A DNA stretch of 47,770 bases, from the NCBI GenBank assembly GCA_049509455.1, contig JBEKZX010000008.1, positions 1 to 47,770 on the forward strand. Direction: 5' to 3'. The DNA comes from Conexivisphaerales archaeon. Its GTDB lineage: Archaea; Thermoproteota; Nitrososphaeria; Conexivisphaerales; DTJL01. The translations under genes and the position numbers were made by a program. The notes below the pieces were generated by a model, which saw nothing but the letters and a program-made list of their open reading frames with translations, was not told the origin of the DNA and did not search any database. The number at the start of each line of letters is the position of its first letter. The first letter of the stretch is position 1. Positions 16,250 to 24,956 of this stretch are shown here, piece after piece.

Positions 16250-18514
16250 CTAGGGAATAGAGGACCGCGGTCTCCTCGTAGTTGCTCGACCCTTCGACCC
16301 GACGGAATCCAGCTCCCGAAGGACGTTCTCCGGCTTCAAGGGTATCTGTCGTATTCTCACTCCGATCGCATCGGACACGGCGTCGACAAGCGAGCTCGCC
16401 ACGGGGATGATCGGTATCTCCCCGATGCCCTTTGCGCCAAAGGGTCCCGAGTCCAGCCTCGACGCTATGAACTCCGTGTATATCTCCTCGGGGGAGTCGG
16501 TAGGGCAAGGCACCAGATACGTGGTGAAATTAGGGGTCCGCAACCTGGCGCCATTATAAACGTGCTCTTCAGTCAAGGCGTAGCCCAAGCCCTGCATTAT
16601 CCCACCATCGCACTGCGCCGACGCCAAGACGGGGTTCAGGACCTTGCCGACGTCCGGGTAGAACATGATCCTCTTGGCCGCGACCTTCCCTGTCAGCGTA
16701 TCCACCTCAGCTTCACTCACAAGGGCCGCGAAGCTGTATATGAGATGGGGTATCTCCATGGCGCCCTCCAAGGTGGACCGATGACGAGGAACCTCGAAAG
16801 TCCCCACGAAACGTGTCGATATGCCCTTCGTCCGCAGGGACTTGGCCAGCCGGAAGATTCCCCTTTCGTTGCCTCCCGATCTGAAATTCCCTCTTCCATA
16901 AGCTAGCTCCTCGGCCCTCAATCCCAATTCCTCGGCCGCTTCGACCCTGAGGGCCGAAAGGGCCTGCCCGCAGGCGTCCAAGAGTGCGTTACCGGACGTG
17001 TAAGTGCTCCTAGAAGCGCTGCTGCTCCCCGTGTCAGGCACAAGACCGGAGTCGGCGTTGACGACATGCACCACTGAGGAAGGTATGCCGAGCCTTTCGG
17101 CCACGATCTGCAGGTTCGTCGTCACCAACCCCTGCCCATAGTCGGGGTTGGAGAACTCGATTATGACGAAGCCAGCTGGATCGATCTCCAAAGCCGCGGA
17201 AGGATAGTCCGGGAGTGTCCCGAAGCCGATGCCCTTGACCGCCAGTGATAGGCCCACGCCTCTCTTGAGCCAGGGTCGCCTCCTCCCATGCTGCCCCCTC
17301 GCTCTCCACAGCTCTGATGCTGAAGCTCGTGCCAAGGCTTCGTGGAGCCCGCTGCAGTCCCCCAGCTTCTTTCCGAAGTTGCCTTCCTCGCCAGTGCGCC
17401 AGAGGTTTCGTCTCCTGATTTCGACCTTATCGAAACCGAACTCCTCGGCTGCAGAATTCATCTGCCCTTCCATGGCGAAGTTGGACTGGGGCGCGCCGAA
17501 GCCGCGGAAGGCCCCCGACAGTCCGTTGTTCGTCCGAATCAGCTTCCCGTTCACTAAGAAGTTGGGGACGGAATAGGGCCCGTTGATGATCTCCATGGCG
17601 ACGTCCAGGACGGCAGGTCCGAAGGACCTGTACGGTCCCGCGTCCGCAAGGAGCCTTGCCCCGTTCGCCACGATTGTGCCGTCCCTGTCGAAGCCCGTTT
17701 CTATGTCCACCTTGAAGGCGTGACGCATGAATCCCGCTGCGCCCGACTCCTCTCTCGTCCACTGCAGCTTTACTGGCCTCCTCGACTTCAGCGCCAAGAG
17801 GGCCAAGTGCACCTGCACGGTGACTTCATCCTTTCCCCCGAAGGCCCCTCCCACCGGAAAGCTGACCACCCTCACTTTCTCCTTGGGGAGCCCCAAGCTC
17901 CTCGACACCTGCAGGACGTCCCTGAAAGGGCTCTGGCCGCCGACGAAAATGTTAACGACCCCCGCGTCGTCCAAGAAAGCAAGACCAGCCTCGGGCTCGA
18001 TGAACATGTGCTTCTGTTTCTGAGTACGATACAGGCCCCTGATTACGTGGGGGGCCTCCTTGATTGCCTCTTCGAACTGGCCCCTCCTGATCACGCTGCT
18101 TCGGGCGATGTTCCCTTCGGGATGCAGCAAGGGAGCGCCCGGCGCCAGAGCCTCTTCGATTGAGCAGACGGGAGGGAGCTCCTCGTATCCCACCTCGACG
18201 AGCTCGGCTCCCCTGATCGCCTCCTCCTCCGATTCGGCGGCCACCAGCGCCACAGGCTCGCCCACGTAGTTTACGAAAGTCGAGGACAGGACGGGCGCGT
18301 CAGTGAAGAATACGCCGTAACCATTCAAGCCCTTGACATCGCGGTACGTCACTACAGAGCGGACCCCGGACGAAGTTTCTGCCCTCGCAGTGTCGATTCT
18401 CGTGATCCTGCCCCGAGGCAAGGGCGAGCGAACGGTCTTCGCAAAGAGGCAGCCTGGAGGATATAGGTCAGTGAAGAACTTTATCGACCCGTCCACCTTA
18501 CCCTCGCCATCCAA
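16250..18514 (-). CDS. Xanthine dehydrogenase family molybdopterin-binding (large) subunit
   Basis: VGGAFGGK, AFRGFGAPQ, GSSSASRST, GQGL, QCDGGIMQGLGYAL, GAKGIGEIP (catalytic Glu). Confidence 0.92.
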   Translation of the reverse strand: MDGEGKVDGSIKFFTDLYPPGCLFAKTVRSPLPRGRITRIDTARAETSSGVRSVVTYRDVKGLNGYGVFFTDAPVLSSTFVNYVGEPVALVAAESEEEAIRGAELVEVGYEELPPVCSIEEALAPGAPLLHPEGNIARSSVIRRGQFEEAIKEAPHVIRGLYRTQKQKHMFIEPEAGLAFLDDAGVVNIFVGGQSPFRDVLQVSRSLGLPKEKVRVVSFPVGGAFGGKDEVTVQVHLALLALKSRRPVKLQWTREESGAAGFMRHAFKVDIETGFDRDGTIVANGARLLADAGPYRSFGPAVLDVAMEIINGPYSVPNFLVNGKLIRTNNGLSGAFRGFGAPQSNFAMEGQMNSAAEEFGFDKVEIRRRNLWRTGEEGNFGKKLGDCSGLHEALARASASELWRARGQHGRRRPWLKRGVGLSLAVKGIGFGTLPDYPSAALEIDPAGFVIIEFSNPDYGQGLVTTNLQIVAERLGIPSSVVHVVNADSGLVPDTGSSSASRSTYTSGNALLDACGQALSALRVEAAEELGLRAEELAYGRGNFRSGGNERGIFRLAKSLRTKGISTRFVGTFEVPRHRSTLEGAMEIPHLIYSFAALVSEAEVDTLTGKVAAKRIMFYPDVGKVLNPVLASAQCDGGIMQGLGYALTEEHVYNGARLRTPNFTTYLVPCPTDSPEEIYTEFIASRLDSGPFGAKGIGEIPIIPVASSLVDAVSDAIGVRIRQIPLKPENVLRELDSVGSKGRATTRRPRSSIP

Positions 18515-18558
18515 TCGCGGGAGCGAACGGGAAATCCACTCTTCCCGGGCCTTCAGTT

Positions 18559-18783
18559 TCAGCCGCCTCCTACAGGTGGGAAAGCCATGAGCTTGTCTCC
18601 CTCCGACACGACATCCGAAAGCTCAGCTCTCCTTGAGTTCCTGATCACCACGATGAAAAGCTCCTCCGTCACACCGACGCGGTGGAGGACTTCACGGATG
18701 GTGGAGCCCTCGGGCACCACTAGCGAATGCCACTGCCCCTTCTCTTCTCGCATCGGCCCGCCCAGTTCCAGCCTAACGTGCAT
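18559..18783 (-). CDS. MoaD/ThiS-family ubiquitin-like sulfur carrier (SAMP-like)
   Basis: VPEGSTIREVL...VSEGDKLMAFPPVGGG C-terminal GG; ATG overlaps the upstream TGA (TGATG). Confidence 0.85.
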   Translation of the reverse strand: MHVRLELGGPMREEKGQWHSLVVPEGSTIREVLHRVGVTEELFIVVIRNSRRAELSDVVSEGDKLMAFPPVGGG

Positions 18784-19637
18784 CACCAAAGCCTCCTGTC
18801 GAGGAGCTCATAGAAGCCTTCAAAGGCGAGGGCCTTCACGGCCTCCAGCCTGTACTCCTTAGATCCTCTCAGATCGCTGATCGGTGAAGAGGCCTTCGAC
18901 ACTAGGAAGCAAACCTCCTCCAAGTTAGTCCTGTTTAGCCCTTGTTTCAAAATGAATCTTTCCGCTTCTTCGGCGCGCACGACTGTAGGCGCGACGGCAC
19001 CCAGAGCTATCTTCGCTTTCTTCCCCTCCAACGAGGCTGCCACGCTTGCCACCGAGATAGCTTGCGAGCTCCTCAAGCCGAGCTTCCTGAAGAAGCTATG
19101 CGTTCCCTTCTCCATCTTAGGTATACGAACCTCGGTCACGAGCTCATCGGGACCCCTGGCGGTCTTCCTCGGGCCGAGCACAAAGTCCCCGACGCTGAGC
19201 TCTCTGTTCCCCCTAGCGCTGGTAAGCACGAGACTGGCTTCATGTACGTAGAGTGGCGGAAGTGAGTCCGCAGCAGGCGAAGCGTTACAGACGTTCCCCG
19301 TAAGGGTGGCCAGGTTCCTTATCTGCAGGGAACCCACCTCTAGGGCCGCCTCTGAAAGGAGTGGCGCCCAATGCCGGACCAGAGGGCTTCGGACTATCTT
19401 CGAAAAGGTGCTCCGGGCACCGATCTTGATGAACGGACCACCGTCCCGGATGTAATCGAGCCTTTTCAGCCTGCTGATGTCAAGAAGCGTCGACTCTTTG
19501 AGCGCGCCGTCCTTCATGTAGACGGCGACATCGGTTCCGCCGGATACGATCCTCAGGTCGCTCCCATGCGAGGCCAGCAGCTCAAGCGCCTCCTCGATGC
19601 TGCGGGGAGAGCTGACCTGGATGCTCGAGTATCTCAT
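18783..19637 (-). CDS. Xanthine dehydrogenase family FAD-binding (medium) subunit
   Basis: SGGTDVAV, VGSLQIRNLATLTGNVCNASPAADSLPPL, SPISDLRGSKEYR. Confidence 0.92.
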   Translation of the reverse strand: MRYSSIQVSSPRSIEEALELLASHGSDLRIVSGGTDVAVYMKDGALKESTLLDISRLKRLDYIRDGGPFIKIGARSTFSKIVRSPLVRHWAPLLSEAALEVGSLQIRNLATLTGNVCNASPAADSLPPLYVHEASLVLTSARGNRELSVGDFVLGPRKTARGPDELVTEVRIPKMEKGTHSFFRKLGLRSSQAISVASVAASLEGKKAKIALGAVAPTVVRAEEAERFILKQGLNRTNLEEVCFLVSKASSPISDLRGSKEYRLEAVKALAFEGFYELLDRRLW

Positions 19638-20128
19638 ACACTCTTCCCTCCTCCGGAGGCGGAGGCAGCCTTCTTAACAGCCGCCATAATCTTCGGGTAG
19701 CCTCCGCAGCGGCAGATGTTCCCCTCCAATTCCTTCCCAAGCGAATCCAACTCTTTCAAGCGGTTGGACTTGAGCAGATAGTACGAAGTGATCACGAAAC
19801 CGGGAATGCAGTAGCCGCATTGCACGGCTCCTTCCGAAGCGAATGAAAGCTTGAGATTATCGAGTTCGCCCATCCTATCCAGCCCTTCGACCGTGGTAAC
19901 TTCGCGACCATTCACCTGCGCGGCCAGCACTAAGCAGGAGGTGACGGGCTTACCGTCTAGCAGGACGGTACATGAGCCGCACTCTCCCGCTTCGCAGCCT
20001 GGTTTGGCCCCGGTCAATCCGAAGTCCTCACGAAGGAGCCTCAGCAAGGCCTTCGCAGGAGGAGCCGAGACCGATACCCTCTCACCGTTTAGCGTGAAAC
20101 GGAGCTTCGCCAGCACCAAGCTGACCAA
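19634..20128 (-). CDS. Xanthine dehydrogenase family 2x[2Fe-2S] (small) subunit
   Basis: GAKPGCEAGECGSCTVL, SCL, QCGYCIPG, GNICRCGGY. Confidence 0.92.
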   Translation of the reverse strand: MVSLVLAKLRFTLNGERVSVSAPPAKALLRLLREDFGLTGAKPGCEAGECGSCTVLLDGKPVTSCLVLAAQVNGREVTTVEGLDRMGELDNLKLSFASEGAVQCGYCIPGFVITSYYLLKSNRLKELDSLGKELEGNICRCGGYPKIMAAVKKAASASGGGKSV

Positions 20129-20163
20129 CTCTCAAGAATCCATCTTATTTACATTTGTGAGAT

Positions 20164-20277
20164 TGTCCACAGCACGGGAATGCGGTATCGTGATCTCCCC
20201 TCCTCCAGCTCCTGCTCTGTCGCCTTCCCGGCCATTTGGTGAGGCCTGATGGGGATATGGTTCCGCAGTTGTGGACA
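20164..20277 (+). ncRNA. Candidate structured RNA (long imperfect hairpin ending in ACA; H/ACA-like)
   Basis: Nested complementary blocks TGTCCACAGC/GTTGTGGACA, TGCGG/CCGCA or GTATC/GATAT, TCCCC/GGGGA, GGCC/GGCC in a 320-bp intergenic gap. Confidence 0.35.
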
Positions 20278-20452
20278 GGCTGACGAAGGGTCTGCAGCCG
20301 CCCTCCGAGGTCTCCACCCGATGCTCGGGCTCCATGCTTCGGAGACTGATCAAAGATTCTTTTCGCGACATTCGAGGCCCAGTGGTCGGACGGCCAGCTT
20401 AAGTGTTCATTTCAGTTTCATGGGTGCGAGAGGCACTCTGGGTGCGAGATGG

Positions 20453-21523
20453 TCACGCCTCGTCGACTACCTGCACAGCTGCCTTTCGGAGCCTGTTCAT
20501 CACGGTGAGGAGGATGCCCCTCTCTTCGAAGCCCTCGGCATAGATCACGTCCACTCCGGCGAAATCGAATTCACGCAGCGTGGAATATAGGTTGTGCGCT
20601 ATGGAATATGGGTTGAACCGTGTCCCAACCGAAAGGACCCTCCAGTCCTTCGGATACTTCCCCCTCGTCTCTTCGGTGGCGAGGACGCCCACCCTGTGTC
20701 CGCGAGCAACTTCCAGGCGAGCCATGGCTGAAATCCTGTCGGCCATCCCGTTGGGGGTTCCCAGGACCAGTATGAGCGGCGATCTGGGGGCGTAGTGCGG
20801 GTACTTCATCCCCGGAGCCTCGGGGACGACCTCATTGTCTGCCGGCTGCACAGGCACCACCGAGACTTCGCCGATCACCCCAGCCAGTTCGTCCGGCGTG
20901 ATGGGCCCTGGCCTCAAAACCGTAGGCGGATTGGTGGTCAAGCTCACCACCGTAGATTCGACACCGAAGGCAGTCTCCCCGCCGTCTAATATGAGGGGCA
21001 CCTTCCCCTCAAGGTCCTTAAGGACGTGATTCGCAGTGGTCGGGCTGGGCCCGCCAGAGACGTTGGCGCTGGGGGCCGCTATGGGCCGCCGCGACATCAT
21101 TATCAGAGAAAGCGCCACCGGGTGCGCAGGCATCCTGACCGCAACCGTTTCACGATTGCCGGTGGCTTCATACGACACAAGCTCTGACTTCTGGAAGATC
21201 ATAGTCAAGGGGCCGGGCCAGTACACGTCAGCGAGGTCCAACGCTCTTTGGTCGACGATCTTGGCCACCGTCTTGAGCTGGTCCATGGTGGCGATGTGCA
21301 CGATGACAGGATTGTCACCCGGCCGACCCTTCGCGGCGAAGACCTTGCCCACAGCGGAGCCATTTGTGGCGTCGGCGCCCAGACCATACACGGTTTCGGT
21401 AGGGAATGCGACGATGTCACCTCGCCGGATATATTCGGCGGCGATGCGAATGAGCCCAGCTTCGGGGTTCAGGGGGTCAACTTTGAGTACCCTCGTAAGA
21501 AGCTTGGGGTCTCCCTTCTCCAC
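20453..21523 (-). CDS. sua5: L-threonylcarbamoyladenylate synthase (Sua5/TsaC with C-terminal SUA5 domain)
   Basis: VAFPTETVYGLGADA, KGRPGDNPVIVH, AAPSANVSGGPSPT, PGMKYPHYAP. Confidence 0.95.
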   Translation of the reverse strand: MEKGDPKLLTRVLKVDPLNPEAGLIRIAAEYIRRGDIVAFPTETVYGLGADATNGSAVGKVFAAKGRPGDNPVIVHIATMDQLKTVAKIVDQRALDLADVYWPGPLTMIFQKSELVSYEATGNRETVAVRMPAHPVALSLIMMSRRPIAAPSANVSGGPSPTTANHVLKDLEGKVPLILDGGETAFGVESTVVSLTTNPPTVLRPGPITPDELAGVIGEVSVVPVQPADNEVVPEAPGMKYPHYAPRSPLILVLGTPNGMADRISAMARLEVARGHRVGVLATEETRGKYPKDWRVLSVGTRFNPYSIAHNLYSTLREFDFAGVDVIYAEGFEERGILLTVMNRLRKAAVQVVDEA

Positions 21524-21672
21524 GAGCCGTATTGCCTCGAGTTTTCCTTAATAACTGTTTCAAGGTAGCGTCCTAATTCCTGCGCACGGCGGACCGCGCC
21601 GCGTTCATGAACACCATGCTCATGAGAGCTTGATACGTTTAATTATGGGCCAGCCATTAAACTCGTCCGGAC

Positions 21673-22119
21673 TTGGAAACCCCTGACGAGACCTCTGAGA
21701 AGAAGCCGGAATGGGTCGAAGAGGTAACCGAGAACCTTGACTACTACCTGAAAACGGACGAGGGGAAGCAACGGCTCCTGGACCTGGCGAAGAAGGAGAA
21801 CGAGAGGATCCTGGAGGAGGTGGCCAAGGTCCATCGGCCACAGAGGGACATCATCTGGCTTTCCAAGTATTGCCGGAGCTGCCGATACCTAGGGGGGAAA
21901 GGTGATGCCTTGAAATGTCACAGATGGGAAGTCAGGATTGTGAAGCCCTTCTTCGGAAGGCCTCTCTGGTTCATGGCGCTGAACGAGATGGGCCGACCCG
22001 TGGTCTCCGTATCCGAGCTGGATTGGAACCACAAGTGGCTGGAGGTCTCCGACACCATAGTCGAAAAGGCCGTGGAGCATATCAACGGGGGGAAGCCTTA
22101 CGAGTGCTATGGCCCTTAG
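21673..22119 (+). CDS. Hypothetical protein, possible metal binding (CRSC...C-H...C)
   Basis: 148-aa ORF with plausible composition, own TATA (TTTAATTA about 21638-21645), fills the gap between flanking genes. Confidence 0.65.
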   Translation: METPDETSEKKPEWVEEVTENLDYYLKTDEGKQRLLDLAKKENERILEEVAKVHRPQRDIIWLSKYCRSCRYLGGKGDALKCHRWEVRIVKPFFGRPLWFMALNEMGRPVVSVSELDWNHKWLEVSDTIVEKAVEHINGGKPYECYGP

Positions 22120-22168
22120 TAGCTATAGCTTCACCCCGTTCAGCGCATAATAATAACCGAGCACCGCC

Positions 22169-22771
22169 CTAACGATCTAAGACGACGGTCCTGGCATACT
22201 TATCGCTGAATTTCTGCCTGTACTCCGCCTGAGTCGCGAGGCCAATGACCACGTCGAGGAGGAGGAGCACCCAGTAAATCTTGCTGACGTTCCTAATCAA
22301 AGCCTGCTCGAGGGTTAAGGGCCTTCCGTCGAGAGTCGCTACTTTTAGGCCCAAGATGCTCTTGCCGAGCGTCACGCCGTAGAGGCTTTCAGTGAAGGCA
22401 AAGTAGAGCACCAGGACGACGCTCTCGAAGAATGAATAAGCGCTGGCGCCGAAGATGCTGGCGATGCTGATCGTGTTCCCCGATAAGAAACCGCCGATGA
22501 CGGAGGGCAAGACGAGGACGGCGGCCAAGATCCAAAAAACGAGGCCGACTACGATGGCGTCAATGATGAAAGAGGCCAATCTTCTAAGCCAGTAGCCCTG
22601 GACCATCTGGTCCTTCGTCAGGGCGTCGATGCCGCTGACGGGCGCGGCCGCGAACGGCTGACTGAATGTGGACCCCTGAGAGGGAGTCCTGCCAGCTACA
22701 GGCGTTCCACAGGCAGGACAGAAATACACGTCGTCGCCGAGCAGTTTGCCGCACTTTACGCAGTAAGACAT
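22169..22771 (-). CDS. RDD-family membrane protein with N-terminal zinc ribbon
   Basis: YCVKCG...FCPACG; WLRRLASFIIDAI; YGVTLGKSILGLKV; ALIRN; DKYARTVV. Confidence 0.85.
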   Translation of the reverse strand: MSYCVKCGKLLGDDVYFCPACGTPVAGRTPSQGSTFSQPFAAAPVSGIDALTKDQMVQGYWLRRLASFIIDAIVVGLVFWILAAVLVLPSVIGGFLSGNTISIASIFGASAYSFFESVVLVLYFAFTESLYGVTLGKSILGLKVATLDGRPLTLEQALIRNVSKIYWVLLLLDVVIGLATQAEYRQKFSDKYARTVVLDR

Positions 22772-22944
22772 CCTGTTCTATCTTGGGTTCGTGCCCTGAC
22801 CAGCGGATAAAAGGTTTGCTGTGTCGGCTGATCACTGGCCGGACCTAGGATAGTGACACGAGGAAGCACTATTCTCGATATGGGACACCATGCCCCCCAT
22901 TCCCTGAAAGTGGCTCGCAGGGAGTCTACCGACGCCGATGACGT

Positions 22945-24201
22945 TCAGCGTCCACCGAGCGAATCTTCGAGGCGGAACCCGTAGGGGAGCCGGACATCCA
23001 CGGCGTCGCCCTCCTTCCGTGTGCCATCGCCCTCAGCGAGGAAGAATCCGTTCGTCCGAGTGATGACGTGACGGGACGTGCTCGCTGGGATCATCGGCTC
23101 AGCGATGAGCTTCCCTCCGACGGCCCTCAAGCGGACCCAGACCACCTGTTTGAATGGGTCGCTCTTCTTCAAGGTAAACTCCTTGCCAAGGAAGGCGGTC
23201 ACCGTGGGCAAGTTCCTCCAGCCCAGTCCCTCCATGAACTCCAAAGAAGGATACACGAGGTTGAGGAGGGCGCTGACGCTTGCCTGGATGAGCCCCGAAA
23301 GGACGAACACTGGTTTCGTGCCTAGAAGGAAGGCACCGGCGGTCCTTGAAGGACGCATCAGGAGGCCATGGAACACCTCAACCCCGCCAAGGAGCTTCAA
23401 GGCCTCGGGCACGAAGTCGGCCTCGCCGACGGAAGAGCCTCCCGTAGTAACGAAGGCATCACAACGCTTGAGGCCCCGTCTGATGGCGGCGGCAATCTGA
23501 TGGGGATCGTCGGCGGCGATCCCGAGGCTCTCAGTTTCGAAGCCCAGTTTCCCTAGCGTCTCCATGATGATCATCCTGTTACCTTCGTTGATCTTGCCCT
23601 CCGTCCTTTCGGCGAAGGTTTCGATAAGCTCGCTGCCAGTGGCCAAAACGCCCACGCGCAGCTTCGGGCAGACGACGACTTCGGCCACACCCAAAGCCAC
23701 GAGGAAGCTGACTTCCCGGGCGCCCAAGAGTCGTCCTCTGGTCAACAACAGGTCGCCCTTCGCGACGTCGGAGCCGGCTCGGTGTACGTCACTAAACGGC
23801 TGGACCGGGCTGCCAAACGATGCCCTTCCTTCTTTGGCCTTAACCTGCTCCTGGGGAACCACCGCGTCGGCACCCTCGGGAAGGCGGCCTCCGGTTAAGA
23901 CCCTCATGCATTCCCCGGACCGCATAAATGACGGAAGGCCGTCAGGCCGGGAGATGCCAACTATTTTCAAGGAAACAGGACCTCCGTCAGAAGCCGACTG
24001 CAGGTCCTCAGAGATCACCGCGTAACCGTCCATGTGGCTGATGTCGTAGCGTGGCAGCGACCATCCCGCAGTCACGTCTTCTGCCAGCGACATTCCTATG
24101 GCGGCCGATATCGGCACCTTCTCGGAGGGCTTCCGTTCCAAGAGAGAGCAGAGCCTCGATATGCCCTCCTCCAGTCGTATCCGTTTCACTTTAGCGGGCA
24201 A
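22945..24201 (-). CDS. moeA: Molybdopterin molybdenumtransferase MoeA
   Basis: SHMDGYAV, TGGRLPEGADAVVPQE, ATGSEL, TTGGSSVGEADFV; TTG 24201 sits about 25 nt below a TTTAA box, so the track extension to 24366 is probably not coding. Confidence 0.9.
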   Translation of the reverse strand: MPAKVKRIRLEEGISRLCSLLERKPSEKVPISAAIGMSLAEDVTAGWSLPRYDISHMDGYAVISEDLQSASDGGPVSLKIVGISRPDGLPSFMRSGECMRVLTGGRLPEGADAVVPQEQVKAKEGRASFGSPVQPFSDVHRAGSDVAKGDLLLTRGRLLGAREVSFLVALGVAEVVVCPKLRVGVLATGSELIETFAERTEGKINEGNRMIIMETLGKLGFETESLGIAADDPHQIAAAIRRGLKRCDAFVTTGGSSVGEADFVPEALKLLGGVEVFHGLLMRPSRTAGAFLLGTKPVFVLSGLIQASVSALLNLVYPSLEFMEGLGWRNLPTVTAFLGKEFTLKKSDPFKQVVWVRLRAVGGKLIAEPMIPASTSRHVITRTNGFFLAEGDGTRKEGDAVDVRLPYGFRLEDSLGGR

Positions 24202-24310
24202 GATACCAATTGGTCGGAGACGTGCCGTTAAAATTCCTTTCCTAGGCGTCAGGAGGGTGTCATAGCAGAGCGCAGCAACCGCGCCACCGTATGTCTCTGG
24301 GCAAGTAACT

Positions 24311-24424
24311 GGGCCCCTCCTTAGGTGTTGAGCGCGCCGCGGGACGTGCAAGGAGTTTTTGGTCAATCGTGTTAGGCACGCCTGTCAACCCGATTAGCGC
24401 AGCAACACTAAGGCTCAAGGCCCC
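24311..24424 (+). promoter_or_regulatory. Stem-loop element containing the conserved 16-mer (24321-24336) directly upstream of zinc-finger gene copy 2
   Basis: GGGCC (24311-15)/GGCCC (24419-23); CCTTAGGTGTTG (24319-30)/CAACACTAAGG (24403-13); GCGC/GCGC; CGGG/CCCG. Confidence 0.6.
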
Positions 24425-24430
24425 GTTGCA

Positions 24431-24694
24431 ATGTTTTGCACACGCCAGATGCCGCCAATCGTGCTGGAAAAGGACGGTTTCAGGATCGAACTCGAGGAGA
24501 AGGGGGACCTCGTCAGGTGCCCAAAGTGCGGGAGGGCGTCCTGGAAGCCCTACCTGACGGCGCGGACAGGGAAGAACCCCGGAGGAGGTCCGTATTACTA
24601 CTGGGAGTTTAGGCATAGAAAGGACGGCCGCACCCATAAGAACAAGCATTGCTACTGGAAGGCCCGAAAGGCCGGCGGCGCCACCGGAACGTGA
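24431..24694 (+). CDS. Small zinc-finger protein (C-x2-C-x28-H-x11-C), paralog of 10015..10236
   Basis: RCPKCGRASWKPYLTARTGKNPGGGPYYYWEFRHRKDGRTHKNKHCY; 27/49 identical to copy 1 core; start ATG 24431 or 24449. Confidence 0.72.
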   Translation: MFCTRQMPPIVLEKDGFRIELEEKGDLVRCPKCGRASWKPYLTARTGKNPGGGPYYYWEFRHRKDGRTHKNKHCYWKARKAGGATGT

Positions 24695-24956
24695 AGCTTC
24701 TCTCACTGTCAATGCGTCCGCAGACTTTGTACGACCGCCGCGAGCCAGCATCGGGTCTTATGGAATAGGCTCAGTTCAAGCAAAGGATCCGGAAGCACGG
24801 TCTAAACTGCAGGCCAGACGGCCCCTCCAGGGTCCTTATCATGAGCGCGCGGTAGCTCAACCGGGAAGCCAGATAGATACTGTCGAGCCGAGAAGACGTC
24901 CGCATCGCCAGTCGTCGCTCGAGGCGAAAAACTCTAAAGGCGTTGGAAGCCATGCG

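Noticed and set aside
16250-18514. Aerobic CO dehydrogenase large subunit
   Set aside because: The active-site loop is AFRGFGAPQ, not AYRCSFR (form I) or AYRGAGR (form II).
20132-20420. Moco riboswitch upstream of the molybdoenzyme operon, and the 79-aa ORF 20132..20371
   Set aside because: The GCCUCCC...GGAAAGGAG block I recall for the Moco RNA is absent and the structure lies upstream of the likely TATA; the ORF has no protein-like features.
20421-20449. 11-bp direct repeat TGGGTGCGAGA (two copies, 18-bp period) after sua5
   Set aside because: Only two short copies with no associated element; kept as an observation without functional support.
24558-24956. Long open +1 frame running from inside zinc finger 2 into the membrane ORF
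   Set aside because: No start codon or slippery site, and a low-complexity Arg/Pro/Ser translation typical of shadow frames in GC-rich DNA.
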